In this document: positions 21,965 through 32,152 of the stretch, piece after piece | Layout of the letters: the number at the start of each line of letters is the position of its first letter | Position numbering within the stretch: the stretch's first letter is position 1 | Origin: Candidatus Termititenax sp. | Lineage (GTDB): Bacteria; Margulisbacteria; Riflemargulisbacteria; GWF2-35-9; DYQY01 | Length of the DNA stretch: 64,000 nt | Assembly (NCBI GenBank): GCA_020719045.1 | Contig: DYQY01000002.1 | Coordinates: forward strand, 70,437 to 134,436 | Reading direction: 5' to 3' | Translations under genes and position numbers: made by a program | Notes under the pieces: model-generated | What the model saw: only the letters and a program-made list of their open reading frames with translations | The model's database searches: none | What the model was told of the DNA's origin: nothing

Positions 21965-22555
21965 CTAAAAAATCCAATCAAGCATCTGAGCAAAAAATCC
22001 TTTTTCCTGATCACGAGAAACATTTCCATATCCCTTTAACTTAAGTACAACATTAGAGATTTTGGATGAGTTAATTGAATTATCTGGCAAAATGTCGACT
22101 TTTCGAACAATTCCTTCTAATGAAATCTCTTCTTCCTCGTTATTAATTATAATTGTCTTTGAGCCTCTAATATAAAACTGATTTCCATCAACCTTATAAA
22201 TTGTTGCAGTAAGTGCTCCTTGTAATTTACTAGAGCGACCAGTACTTCCACTTCCAGTGAATCTATTCTCAGCTGAATAGCCAAAACCACCCTGATTATC
22301 AGAAGACTTACCAGTGTCCAAATAACTAGCTGCCTGTGACCAGCTTAAGTCCGCATCACCCTTAATTCCAGTATCTCTTCTAAGTTGAGTATTTGCTTTC
22401 TGACTTGCGATATGATACTCGTCTATATTAATAAGAAGAATATCTCCTACATTCTTTGCCATAACAGAACCATATGGGTTCTGACTTTCTTCATTCCACA
22501 ACGAGCCAGCAAAAAGGAATGAACCTAATATAATTAACAACAAATACTTTTTCAT
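21965..22555 (-). CDS. flgH: Flagellar L-ring protein (no lipobox Cys)
   Basis: GSLW, VGDILLINIDE, GIVRKVDI..DNSINSSKISN, GFFAQMLDWIF. Confidence 0.9.
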   Translation of the reverse strand: MKKYLLLIILGSFLFAGSLWNEESQNPYGSVMAKNVGDILLINIDEYHIASQKANTQLRRDTGIKGDADLSWSQAASYLDTGKSSDNQGGFGYSAENRFTGSGSTGRSSKLQGALTATIYKVDGNQFYIRGSKTIIINNEEEEISLEGIVRKVDILPDNSINSSKISNVVLKLKGYGNVSRDQEKGFFAQMLDWIF

Positions 22556-22582
22556 TTCCCCCTGCCCCCTTTTCTAAAACAA

Positions 22583-22939
22583 CTATCTGTTAATACTAAC
22601 TATCTGGTTGTCCTCCCCTAAAAGAACTTTCAATGGCGAATAGCCATTTGCTTCAGCTTCTTCCATCATGCCATAAGTCATTATTATTATTACATCACCT
22701 TTTTCAGCAAGCCTTGCTGCTGCACCATTAAGTGTTATCTCTCCTTGTTTATTACCTTTAATCGCATAGGTAATAAACCTTTCACCATTATTTACATTAA
22801 CAACATGCACTTGCTCGTATTCAGAAATATTAGCCTGCTTTAGCAAGTCCTCATAGATGGTGATACTTCCTTCATAAGCAATATTCTTATCCACCACTGT
22901 TGCTCTATGAATTTTTGATTTTAAAATATTTATAAGCAT
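22583..22939 (-). CDS. panD: Aspartate 1-decarboxylase
   Basis: KSKIHRATV, YEGSITI (G-S cleavage site), NNGERFITY, NGAAAR. Confidence 0.97.
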   Translation of the reverse strand: MLINILKSKIHRATVVDKNIAYEGSITIYEDLLKQANISEYEQVHVVNVNNGERFITYAIKGNKQGEITLNGAAARLAEKGDVIIIMTYGMMEEAEANGYSPLKVLLGEDNQIVSINR

Positions 22940-23580
22940 TAATAAATTTCTACCTCCACATTTTTACTGTCTACAACCCTTGCCTCAAGAGTTTTCCCAG
23001 TCTGCTTATTAAGCACCTTAATTGTACTACCTAAGCTTCCGTTTTTCAACGAAACACCTGGCATTGAAATACTAACCCTACCTACTCTAGAATTTATGCT
23101 ACATTCATCATTAATTTTTATAGCATCTTGCTCCTTTACATCATATTTATAAAAGACATTACCCTTTGTCTTATAAAAAACATTCTCTTTACCAGCTATA
23201 TCTGTAATCTTTCCAATCACTTGCTGTGACACATCTCTAAGCGGTTTCCAATCTAAAACCAACATATCTTTCGAAATAATATCGCCTTTATTTATTACAC
23301 CCATGGCAACCGGGACAAGCACACTAACTTCAAGATAAAAAGGAATCTTTCTTAAAAGCAAGTGATTACTGCCTAACAAATCCAGTTCATTATATCCAAC
23401 ATCATATCTGCTTGGAAAAACCAATTTTCCTTCAGGCATATCTTCAACCTTTACTGAAAAAGTAACAGGCACATCAAGATATGAATAGTAATCACTAATG
23501 CTTGCAGAAAGTTCAGCCTGATTAACAGCTAATGCAAAGGTAAAAATCAAACACAAAAAGCTAAATCTAAGATCTAGCAA
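22939..23580 (-). CDS. flgA: P-ring assembly chaperone FlgA
   Basis: SAF-like region; GSLGSTIKVLNKQTGKTLEARVV C-terminus; likely TTG start at 23580 giving a signal peptide (start uncertain). Confidence 0.8.
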   Translation of the reverse strand: MLDLRFSFLCLIFTFALAVNQAELSASISDYYSYLDVPVTFSVKVEDMPEGKLVFPSRYDVGYNELDLLGSNHLLLRKIPFYLEVSVLVPVAMGVINKGDIISKDMLVLDWKPLRDVSQQVIGKITDIAGKENVFYKTKGNVFYKYDVKEQDAIKINDECSINSRVGRVSISMPGVSLKNGSLGSTIKVLNKQTGKTLEARVVDSKNVEVEIY

Positions 23581-24355
23581 TTTCTGTAGCTGATTTAAGC
23601 ATATTTTCGCCAGATTGAATTGCTTTTGAAATAACATCAAACGCTCTCTGTGTTATAAGCATCTCCATCATGGAGCCTATAATATCAACATTACTTGATT
23701 CAATGGCAAATTGTGAAATAGTACCAAGATTATCCTCACCAGGGTTACTTACCATTGCCTCACCAGAAGCAGCTGTCTGCTTAAATAGGTTGTTTCCAAC
23801 ACTCTCCAGCCCAGCAGGGTTAGTAAACTTTGCAAGCCTTATTTGCCCAACAAACCTTTCTTGAGTTTCTTGGCTCATTGTAATAAACACATTACCATCA
23901 GGAGCAACCCTTACTGTTTTCGTTCCATCTGGAATGGTTATTCCTGGCTCTAAAATATTTCCATTAGGGTCAACCAATTGACCTCTACTATCTAAATTTA
24001 AATTTCCAGCTCTACCGTATGCTACTTCTGAGTTTGGCAACTGAAAAATAAAAAACCCATTACCATTAATTGCTAAATCAAACTCATTATTAGTTACAGA
24101 AATTGTACCTTGGCTAAAATCTTTTGGCGTAGCAACTATTTTAACTCCAGCACCTAACTCAATATTAGATGGTTTATTGAATTCATCCAAGCGCTGTACT
24201 GCTCTATCTAAAACCTGTGGGAAAATATTTTCCATGTCCGTTCTTGTTGACTTGTAACCAATTGTCTTTGAGTTTGAAATATTGTTAGTGATATTTATCA
24301 TATCCTTTTCCAAGGCAGTCATACCTGTTGCACCAACGAAGAATTGTCTAATCAT
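23567..24355 (-). CDS. flgG: Distal rod protein FlgG
   Basis: ATGM...NNISNSKTIGYK, DLAINGNGFF, GRAGN, NPAGLESVGNNLF, ESSNVD, QRAFD; 262 aa. Confidence 0.9.
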   Translation of the reverse strand: MIRQFFVGATGMTALEKDMINITNNISNSKTIGYKSTRTDMENIFPQVLDRAVQRLDEFNKPSNIELGAGVKIVATPKDFSQGTISVTNNEFDLAINGNGFFIFQLPNSEVAYGRAGNLNLDSRGQLVDPNGNILEPGITIPDGTKTVRVAPDGNVFITMSQETQERFVGQIRLAKFTNPAGLESVGNNLFKQTAASGEAMVSNPGEDNLGTISQFAIESSNVDIIGSMMEMLITQRAFDVISKAIQSGENMLKSATEIARS

Positions 24356-24413
24356 AAAATACCCCCAGTTTATTATTGAAACGCTAATTCAAATATTAGC
24401 CGCTTTTATATAC

Positions 24414-24441
24414 TCAGACAATAGAAAGAAAAAAAAGTTTC
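24414..24441 (-). promoter_or_regulatory. Candidate ECF/sigmaE-type promoter upstream of flgG
   Basis: Minus strand GAAACTT-N16-TCTGA. Confidence 0.35.
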
Positions 24442-24444
24442 AAA

Positions 24445-24945
24445 TTATTTATAACTAACAACTACAGGAAACTTTTCTACCTCTAATCTATAAATAGCTT
24501 CTGGCCCTAACTCAGAAAAAGCAACACATTCCATCTTCTTTATCCTATCCGCTAAATACGCACCAGCCCCACCAATTGTAGAGAAATAAATAGCATGATT
24601 CGCTCTAATGGAGTTCTTTACTTCCTCTGAACGTTTACCTTTACCAATCATTACCTTTAATCCTTTTTCCAAAAGAAGAGGCGTGAATTTATCCATCCTT
24701 GAACTAGTAGTTGGGCCAGCTGACCCACAAACAACTCCAGCTCTTGCAGGAGTTGGTCCCATATAATAAATAGACGAAAGACTAAAGCCTAAAGATAAAA
24801 GATTTCCTTCTCTTTCAAGTATTTCTATAATCCTCTGATGAGTATTATCTCTAGCAGAATAAATTGTTCCTGACAAATAAACAAACTCACCTAAAGTTAA
24901 ACTACTAATATCTTCATTTGTTAAAGGTAATTTTAATTCTTTCAT
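24445..24945 (-). CDS. Fe-S fumarate hydratase, beta subunit
   Basis: ARDNTH, GPTTSSRMD, MIGKG, LGPEAIY. Confidence 0.93.
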   Translation of the reverse strand: MKELKLPLTNEDISSLTLGEFVYLSGTIYSARDNTHQRIIEILEREGNLLSLGFSLSSIYYMGPTPARAGVVCGSAGPTTSSRMDKFTPLLLEKGLKVMIGKGKRSEEVKNSIRANHAIYFSTIGGAGAYLADRIKKMECVAFSELGPEAIYRLEVEKFPVVVSYK

Positions 24946-24948
24946 AAT

Positions 24949-25779
24949 CTACAACTTCACAACACAATGCCTTGAACTATGACAACCTACATTTAAAGCA
25001 ACAGGCATAGAAGCAATATGACATGGAGCTATTTCTATAAAAACATCCATGGCAGTTAACTTACCTCCGAACCCACCAACACCTATACCAAGAGAATTAA
25101 CTTCTTCTAAAATCCTCTGCTCTAATAATGAATACCTCTGAACTGAACTTCGCTCACCTATTTTACGAAAAAGAGCTTTTTTGGCTAACATGGCACTTTT
25201 CTCCATATCTCCACCAATACCTATACCAAGTATGAGTGGTGGACAACAGTTCATGCCCTTCTCCTTTATCCTTGCTACAACTTTATCAACAATCCCTTGC
25301 TCACCGTCAGCTGGGTCTAGCATCCATAAAGCAGAAGCATTCTCGCTACCTCCACCCTTTGACATTATTTGTAGCTCAAAACCATCACCATCAACTAGCT
25401 CTACATGCACAATTGCAGGCGTATTATCTTCTGTATTAACTCTATTAATAGGGTCAACTACCACAGACTTTCGAAGATAATTTTCTAAATATCCTTTTTT
25501 TACTGCTATATTAATTGATTCTTCTAAGCTCTTATCTAGTTTTACTTCTACTCCAACTTTAGCAAATACAATAACAATCCCAGTATCCTGACATAAAGCA
25601 ATTTGCTTCTTATTAGCTATATCTGAATTTTCAATTAGTATATTTAAGAAGTCTTTCTCTGGACTATCAACCTTAGCAGTCTTAAAACAACTTAAGATAT
25701 TATCGTCTATCTTAAAGTTAATCTCAGAAACTCTTTTTGAAACAACTTCAATTATTGTATCTGAGTTAATATGTCTCAT
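24949..25779 (-). CDS. Fe-S fumarate hydratase, alpha subunit
   Basis: CQDTG, KGGGSEN, CPP, PCHIAS, CHSSRH. Confidence 0.93.
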   Translation of the reverse strand: MRHINSDTIIEVVSKRVSEINFKIDDNILSCFKTAKVDSPEKDFLNILIENSDIANKKQIALCQDTGIVIVFAKVGVEVKLDKSLEESINIAVKKGYLENYLRKSVVVDPINRVNTEDNTPAIVHVELVDGDGFELQIMSKGGGSENASALWMLDPADGEQGIVDKVVARIKEKGMNCCPPLILGIGIGGDMEKSAMLAKKALFRKIGERSSVQRYSLLEQRILEEVNSLGIGVGGFGGKLTAMDVFIEIAPCHIASMPVALNVGCHSSRHCVVKL

Positions 25780-25781
25780 TT

Positions 25782-26996
25782 TTACATATTACGACATAAT
25801 TCGTCAGAGAATGCAGAAGTAGATAATTCTGTAGCACCATCCATTAACCTTGCAAGATCATAAGTAACTAATTTAGAGGAAATAGTCTTTTCCATTGCAT
25901 TAATTATTAGTTTGCCTGCTTCTTGCCAACCAAGGTAATCAAGCATCATAACTGCAGATAAAATTAGTGAAGATGGATTTACCTTATCGAGATTCGCATA
26001 TTTTGGAGCTGTTCCATGTGTAGCCTCAAATAAAGCTACTCCACTGGAATAATTAATATTAGCACCTGGAGCGATACCAATACCACCAACACAAGCTGCT
26101 AATGCATCAGAAATATAATCACCATTTAAGTTAAGTGTAGCAATAACATCGTAGTCTTCTGGACGTAATAAAATCTGTTGCAAGAATGCATCTGCAATAG
26201 CATCTTTAATCACAATATCTTTACCATTTGTTGGATTCTTTATCTTCATCCATGGACCATTATCAATTAATTCTGCACCAAACTCTTCTTTTGCTACCTG
26301 ATAGCCCCAATCTCTAAAAGCACCTTCAGTAAACTTCATAATATTACCTTTATGAACAATAGTTACAGAGCTTCTGTCTTGTTCTATAGCATAAACAATA
26401 GCAGCTCTAACCAGTCTAGATGTTCCCTCTTTGGAAACAGGTTTAATACCAATACCAGATGATTCTGGAAATCTTATCTTAGTTACTTTCATCTCGTTCT
26501 GTAAGAAGTCGATTACCTTCTTAACCTCTGGAGTACCACAAGCCCATTCAACACCAGCATATATATCTTCTGTGTTTTCTCTAAAGATGACCATATCTGT
26601 AAGCTCTGGTCTCTTAAGTGGAGATGGCACACCTTGAAAATACCTTACTGGCCTTAGACAAACATAAAGGTCTAAAACTTGTCTAAGCGTAACATTCAAA
26701 CTTCTAATACCGCCACCAACAGGAGTTGTAAGTGGTCCTTTAATTGAAACAACATATTCTTCTATCTTCTTAAGTGTATCCTCTGGAAGCCATTCACCTT
26801 TTTCTTTAAGAGCTTTCTCTCCAGCAAATACTTCAAGCCACTCTATTTTCTTGCCAATTTTTGCACAAGCAAAATCAACAACTTGCTTCATTGATTTGGT
26901 AATATCTGCACCAATACCATCGCCTTCGATGTAAGGGATAATAACTTCATCTGGAACTACTAATTTAGAATCTTTTACGACTATCTTACTTGCCAT
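25782..26996 (-). CDS. icd: NADP-dependent isocitrate dehydrogenase
   Basis: [45 protein letters not shown]. Confidence 0.98.
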   Translation of the reverse strand: MASKIVVKDSKLVVPDEVIIPYIEGDGIGADITKSMKQVVDFACAKIGKKIEWLEVFAGEKALKEKGEWLPEDTLKKIEEYVVSIKGPLTTPVGGGIRSLNVTLRQVLDLYVCLRPVRYFQGVPSPLKRPELTDMVIFRENTEDIYAGVEWACGTPEVKKVIDFLQNEMKVTKIRFPESSGIGIKPVSKEGTSRLVRAAIVYAIEQDRSSVTIVHKGNIMKFTEGAFRDWGYQVAKEEFGAELIDNGPWMKIKNPTNGKDIVIKDAIADAFLQQILLRPEDYDVIATLNLNGDYISDALAACVGGIGIAPGANINYSSGVALFEATHGTAPKYANLDKVNPSSLILSAVMMLDYLGWQEAGKLIINAMEKTISSKLVTYDLARLMDGATELSTSAFSDELCRNM

Positions 26997-26998
26997 GA

Positions 26999-29734
26999 CT
27001 ACTTACTCTTTTCTAGCTCTTCAATTGTGCTTCCTAGTTTTTTAATATTATCACCATAAGCTGACCAATTTCCTTGCTTAAGTGATTGCTCTGCGCTCTT
27101 GTAGAAACCTTTTGCCTTGCTTATTAATTCCTTAACAGATGATTTCTGAGGTTTCTCTCCAAGTGGAGTATCTTTATCAGCAACCTTTGATGTTGGTATT
27201 TCTAATTGTAAAACTTTTGCTAAAGCTTCCTCAAATGTTGATTCCATTGCTAAACTATTCTTATAAGCTACAATTACCCTTTTAAGTTCTGGAAACTTGG
27301 ATTGAGTTGCCTGTAAATAAATTGGCTCAACATATAAAAATGTATTACTAATTGGGATAACTAATAGATTACCTCTTATTACTCTTGAACCAAGCTGTCC
27401 CCACAATGTAAGCTGTTGAGAAATCTCGGTATCTTGGTCAATTCTAGATTCAATCTGCATTGGACCATAGATAAGCTGTTCCTTTGGCAGTTTATACACT
27501 GTTATCTCTCCATACTTCTCAGGGTCACAATTCGCACTCATCCAACCAATCATATTGTTTTTCTTAGCAGGAGTAAAAGGAGTCATTAGCCTAAAGGTTA
27601 GTGACTTATCTTCTGGTAGCTTCATATTTACAAAATATGGCTCAACAGGTCTTGCTTCGTTATCATATGTTTCATTTGGGATTACCCAAAGGTCTTCCTG
27701 ATTATAGAAAACTTGAGGCTCTGTCATATGGTAAGAAGAATACATTTTCGCTTGGATAGAAAATAAGTCTACAGGGTAACGGAAATGTGCTACAAATTCC
27801 TTACCTAATTCACTTACTGGCTTAAATAAGTCTGGAAATATTTTACTGTACGCCATAATTAAAGGCTCTTTATCCACTATATAGAAGTCCGTTTTACCAG
27901 TGTAAGCGTTAACAATAACCTTAACTGAGTTCCTAATATAATTGTATTGCGCATAGAAAGGATCAGAGTATGGATATCTATCAGAAATCGTATAGGCATC
28001 CAAGAACCAATATAGCTGACCATTAACAACAACTGAATATGGATCTTTATCATAGACTAGAAATGGTGCTATTTTTCTAACTCTAGTCATAATGTTTCTA
28101 TCAAAAAGAACTTTACTGTCAGGCTTAATGTATTCAGAAATCAGTAGTTTAAAATCATTAAACTTTATAGCAAATACCATCTTCTTCCATAAACTATCAA
28201 GCTTAATTCCTTTATCACCAGCATAGTTTGAGTATTGGTTGTTCTCTCCTGATGGGTAATCAAATTCTTTTGCAGAAGTATTGGTTATTATGTATTTATT
28301 GGTAGACTCTCCAAAATAAATTGCTAAATTATCCATTTTCAAATCAATATTAGACTTATGAGGGATATCATAAACATAAAACTCAGGAAGCCCTTCTCTT
28401 GAAATCTTATTAACTGGCATCATAACTAATCCATAACCATGAGTATATGTAAGCTTCTGATTAATCCAGTTCTGTGCCCTCACTGGAAGCTTATCAGCAT
28501 CTAGTTCTCTTGCTGAAACCATGACCTGTTGATACTTTCCATTTATCCAATATCTATCTATATCTACATCATTAAAATCATAATATAAACGTATTTCCTG
28601 CAACTGAGACAATGTTTGCAACAATGGTCTTGTGTCCCATAACCTAACATTTTCAATTGTCTCAACATTACTCTTGATATCTTTAGCTGAGAGGTTCTCT
28701 GCAATAGTAATGTCTCTTTCAAATACCTTATCTAAACCGTATGCTTTTCTAGTGTAATTAATACTATGTTGGATATATGGTCTTTCTTTTTCAATCTCAT
28801 TTGGTTTAACAATAAACTGACTCATAAGCGCAGGATATACTCCACGCATAACCAGATAAATAACTATAAGAACAACAAAAGCAACAATTGGTAAAGTAAC
28901 AGACTGTCTAAAAATATTAAATAAAAATAAACCAGCAATGATAATCGCTATCCCTACTAGCCATTTAATACCTATAAGCTGAGCATGTACATCTGTATAG
29001 CCAGCACCATACACAATTCCAGAAGGTGAAAAAAGCATATCATACATACCAAGCTGATAGCCCCAAGCAATAAGCCCAAACAGAAAAGCAAACAGAATAC
29101 TAAAATGGATTCTTACTCCTGGATGAACCATAATACTTAATCCCTTTAAAGAGAAAGCTTTATAATGAGCGTAAATCAGCCCAGAAGCTACCATAACTGA
29201 AACCAAAATACCGAATAACCAACTTTTAATTACTAAGAAGAATGGAAAGGAAAAGAAATAAAAGCTTACATCTTTATTAAATATTGGGTCAGTTGCACCA
29301 AATTGTTGTTGGTTTAGATATAAAAGCAATTTGTCCCACTGAATAATCCAAACAGAACTTACTACCATACCAACAACTAAGGAAACAATCAGAGGCATCC
29401 AAGCCACTACCCTTAACTTACCTACTATTGAAAAAATATTAACTTGTGAAAAAATATCAAATTTTCTACTTTCAGAAGTTACAACCTCTGGTTCTTTTAA
29501 AATTTTTCTTCTAATAAAAATAGCTAAATAAATATTAATTAATACAACAAGTGCAGCAACTAATGATAGTGCTAAGAAAACTACCCACTTACTAAGTAAC
29601 ATTTTAATAAAAACATCTTGATAACCTAAATCAAAATGCCATAAATATTCTGGGTATAGATTAATAAGCCCTTTTATTAATGGAATTCCAAAGAAAAAAA
29701 CTGCTAACGCAACGTAGGTGTAGATTATATTCAT
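26999..29734 (-). CDS. UPF0182 family membrane protein
   Basis: [50 protein letters not shown]. Confidence 0.93.
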   Translation of the reverse strand: MNIIYTYVALAVFFFGIPLIKGLINLYPEYLWHFDLGYQDVFIKMLLSKWVVFLALSLVAALVVLINIYLAIFIRRKILKEPEVVTSESRKFDIFSQVNIFSIVGKLRVVAWMPLIVSLVVGMVVSSVWIIQWDKLLLYLNQQQFGATDPIFNKDVSFYFFSFPFFLVIKSWLFGILVSVMVASGLIYAHYKAFSLKGLSIMVHPGVRIHFSILFAFLFGLIAWGYQLGMYDMLFSPSGIVYGAGYTDVHAQLIGIKWLVGIAIIIAGLFLFNIFRQSVTLPIVAFVVLIVIYLVMRGVYPALMSQFIVKPNEIEKERPYIQHSINYTRKAYGLDKVFERDITIAENLSAKDIKSNVETIENVRLWDTRPLLQTLSQLQEIRLYYDFNDVDIDRYWINGKYQQVMVSARELDADKLPVRAQNWINQKLTYTHGYGLVMMPVNKISREGLPEFYVYDIPHKSNIDLKMDNLAIYFGESTNKYIITNTSAKEFDYPSGENNQYSNYAGDKGIKLDSLWKKMVFAIKFNDFKLLISEYIKPDSKVLFDRNIMTRVRKIAPFLVYDKDPYSVVVNGQLYWFLDAYTISDRYPYSDPFYAQYNYIRNSVKVIVNAYTGKTDFYIVDKEPLIMAYSKIFPDLFKPVSELGKEFVAHFRYPVDLFSIQAKMYSSYHMTEPQVFYNQEDLWVIPNETYDNEARPVEPYFVNMKLPEDKSLTFRLMTPFTPAKKNNMIGWMSANCDPEKYGEITVYKLPKEQLIYGPMQIESRIDQDTEISQQLTLWGQLGSRVIRGNLLVIPISNTFLYVEPIYLQATQSKFPELKRVIVAYKNSLAMESTFEEALAKVLQLEIPTSKVADKDTPLGEKPQKSSVKELISKAKGFYKSAEQSLKQGNWSAYGDNIKKLGSTIEELEKSK

Positions 29735-29800
29735 AGTAATCTATAGTATAGAATATGAAGCGAAATAATCAAACTTGTTTCTTCATTTTTCTTTATTATT

Positions 29801-29851
29801 CACCCTTCCGTCTCAGCTTCACTGAGCCACCTTCCCTTGAAAAGGGAAGGA
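29801..29851. repeat. REP-like double-hairpin repeat, copy 1
   Basis: CACCCTTCC-GTCTCAG(CTTCA)CTGAGCC-AC-CTTCCCTT(GAA)AAGGGAAG. Confidence 0.65.
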
Positions 29852-30772
29852 TTATTTTATTATGATTAGTTTTAATCCCACAAGGATTCCTTCAATAATA
29901 AGCGCAGTTAATGGAACAACATCTTCGTGTATCTGACTTTTTTCTAATGCTTCGTAATATCTAATCTTCTTGTCTTGCTCAATAATAGACGGCGGGTAAT
30001 TATTTATAAGAAGTATAGCTTGTAATAACAATCTACCTATTCTGCCATTACCATCACCAAAAGGATGAATTTGTTCAAACCTACTATGGATCTTTGCGCA
30101 ATGATTAAAGAAACTATCTGTTAAACTATTGATATCAACAATTAACTCATCCATTAATGTGGGAACTTTCATATAATTAGCAGTAACTGTTCTAGACCCA
30201 ACTATCCTTACCGGATGATTACGATACAAACCTGCATCCTCTAAAATGCCATTCATCAATATCGAATGTAGTTTCAAAATAAACTTTTCATCTATCCTAA
30301 AATTTCCTTCTGCTATTTGTTTTAACAAAAAATTCCAAGCAGTTTGATGATTCTTTGCTTCTAATTGCTCTAGTAAACTTTTGTTGACTGTTTGATTTTC
30401 AAACAAAATAGCTTGTGTTTCTCTCATTGTAAGAGTGCTACCTTCTATTTTATCAGTGTGATAGGTAAGAGATAAAACTAATGACTCTCTAATATCTTTA
30501 AACTTATTAATAAGTTCTAGAAAGTTACTATTTTTTCTTGCTTCTTCAATCAAATCTAACCTAGCATCATTAATCGATACTGCAGGGGCTTTGCCTATGG
30601 TCTTTGTGTATTCATTTAGTATCTGGTTCTGTTTCGACTTACGTGGAACAGACTTTCCATTTAACCAACTGTTCATTGATGGGAAGCTAACACCAAACTT
30701 ATCAGCAAGTTGCTGTTGTGTTAAGTCGAGATATTCTTGTAATAAGTTAAGTTGTTGTAAATAATCCATCAT
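29852..30772 (-). CDS. HTH-Fic domain protein (class II, intramolecular inhibitory helix)
   Basis: N-terminal XRE HTH (LTQQQLADKFGVS), TDKIEG inhibitory motif, HPFGDGNGRIGR catalytic motif. Confidence 0.92.
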   Translation of the reverse strand: MMDYLQQLNLLQEYLDLTQQQLADKFGVSFPSMNSWLNGKSVPRKSKQNQILNEYTKTIGKAPAVSINDARLDLIEEARKNSNFLELINKFKDIRESLVLSLTYHTDKIEGSTLTMRETQAILFENQTVNKSLLEQLEAKNHQTAWNFLLKQIAEGNFRIDEKFILKLHSILMNGILEDAGLYRNHPVRIVGSRTVTANYMKVPTLMDELIVDINSLTDSFFNHCAKIHSRFEQIHPFGDGNGRIGRLLLQAILLINNYPPSIIEQDKKIRYYEALEKSQIHEDVVPLTALIIEGILVGLKLIIIK

Positions 30773-30786
30773 TATTTAATGATAGC

Positions 30787-30826
30787 AAACTTTATAAAGA
30801 ATTGAAATATTTAAAACTTTATAAAG
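30787..30826. promoter_or_regulatory. Tandem palindromic operator candidates upstream of the HTH-Fic gene
   Basis: AAACTTTATAAAG at 30787-30799 and 30814-30826; core CTTTATAAAG is a perfect palindrome. Confidence 0.5.
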
Positions 30827-30834
30827 CTACAAAA

Positions 30835-31137
30835 CTATTTCTTTTTAAGTTTCTTTGGTTTTGGTAAAGGCACCTCATCAGCCGTTAGCCGGATAAGTTC
30901 ACAAAGCCAATCTCTACCATCGATTCTATCACCGATTAAGAAATAGTTCTTCGACCCTGGATATGGCGGTTCTTCAGTTACTTCTTCTAAATACTCTCTT
31001 CCAGCAATAGTAGGTTTTACATACAGTTGATTATCACAATACATGGCGTATTCACCAAACATTTTACGAAAGAAAACACCTCTCATATCTGAAAGCTGTT
31101 CTTCTAAATATTCTATAAAATCATGATCTGTGGACAT
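30835..31137 (-). CDS. TfoX/Sxy N-terminal domain protein
   Basis: RKMFGEYAMYCDNQLYVKPT...PPYPGSKNYF...LPKPKK. Confidence 0.85.
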   Translation of the reverse strand: MSTDHDFIEYLEEQLSDMRGVFFRKMFGEYAMYCDNQLYVKPTIAGREYLEEVTEEPPYPGSKNYFLIGDRIDGRDWLCELIRLTADEVPLPKPKKLKKK

Positions 31138-31149
31138 GTGAGTTAGAAA

Positions 31150-32127
31150 CTAAACTAAACCTTCTGTTTCATCAAAACCAAACATTACGTTCATGTTCTG
31201 AATAGCTTGGCCAGAAGCACCTTTAGTAAGGTTATCAATAACACTCACCATTATAAAATTACCTTCTTTTGTTCCTTTATATAATTTAAATACACATTTA
31301 TTAGTCCAAGCAACATCAGATACTTTTGGGTCGCCATCTTTTAAAAAGTTCACAAATGTTTCACCCTTATAAAAGTTTTCTAAAATAGACTGCAACTCTT
31401 CTAGTGAACTCTTAGACTTAAAATAAATAGTAGAAAGAATCCCACGATCTATTGGCAATAAATGAGGAGTAAATTCAATCTTCGCATCCAAGTAAGTTTC
31501 CATCTCTATCTGATGACGATGACTACTGATTCCATATGCTTTAAAATCTGCTAATTCTATAAAAGCCTTCATCTGCTCTTCAACTTTAACGCCTGCACCA
31601 GATACGCCACTGGAAGAGTCTGAAATAATATCTGACACTTTATCCTTAATAGGAATCATAGGAAGTAAAACAGATGTTACATAGCAACCAGGGTTACCGA
31701 TTAGATTCGCTTTTGCTACTTCTTTACGATATACCTCTGTAAGGCCATACACTGCTTCACTACATAGCTCTGGTGAAGTATGTTTAGGATACTTCTTTTC
31801 ATATACTACTGGGTCAGCAAAACGGAAATCAGCACTAAGGTCTACAACCTTAATATTATTAGCTAATAACTCTTTAGCAAACTGCATTGATGTTCCATGT
31901 GGAGTTGCTAAAAATACCAAATCAATCTTAAGCGATTTCATCTTCTCTATAGAATATTCTTCTAAAACCAAATCACTATCAAGCGTAGGATATAAGCTCT
32001 TTATAGCTATACCAGCTTGACTAGTAGAGGTGATGCAAATAACTTTTGCCTGCTTGTGTTTATTAAGCAGTCTAATAAGCTCTGAACCCGTGTAACCTGT
32101 TGCTCCAACAATTGCTATATTTTTCAT
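31150..32127 (-). CDS. argC: N-acetyl-gamma-glutamyl-phosphate reductase
   Basis: IVGATGYTGSELIRLL, DLSADFR, NPGCY, SGVSGAG, DNLTKGASGQAIQN; true start 32127. Confidence 0.97.
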   Translation of the reverse strand: MKNIAIVGATGYTGSELIRLLNKHKQAKVICITSTSQAGIAIKSLYPTLDSDLVLEEYSIEKMKSLKIDLVFLATPHGTSMQFAKELLANNIKVVDLSADFRFADPVVYEKKYPKHTSPELCSEAVYGLTEVYRKEVAKANLIGNPGCYVTSVLLPMIPIKDKVSDIISDSSSGVSGAGVKVEEQMKAFIELADFKAYGISSHRHQIEMETYLDAKIEFTPHLLPIDRGILSTIYFKSKSSLEELQSILENFYKGETFVNFLKDGDPKVSDVAWTNKCVFKLYKGTKEGNFIMVSVIDNLTKGASGQAIQNMNVMFGFDETEGLV

Positions 32128-32152
32128 AATACGAAAGTATATCACAACCCTA

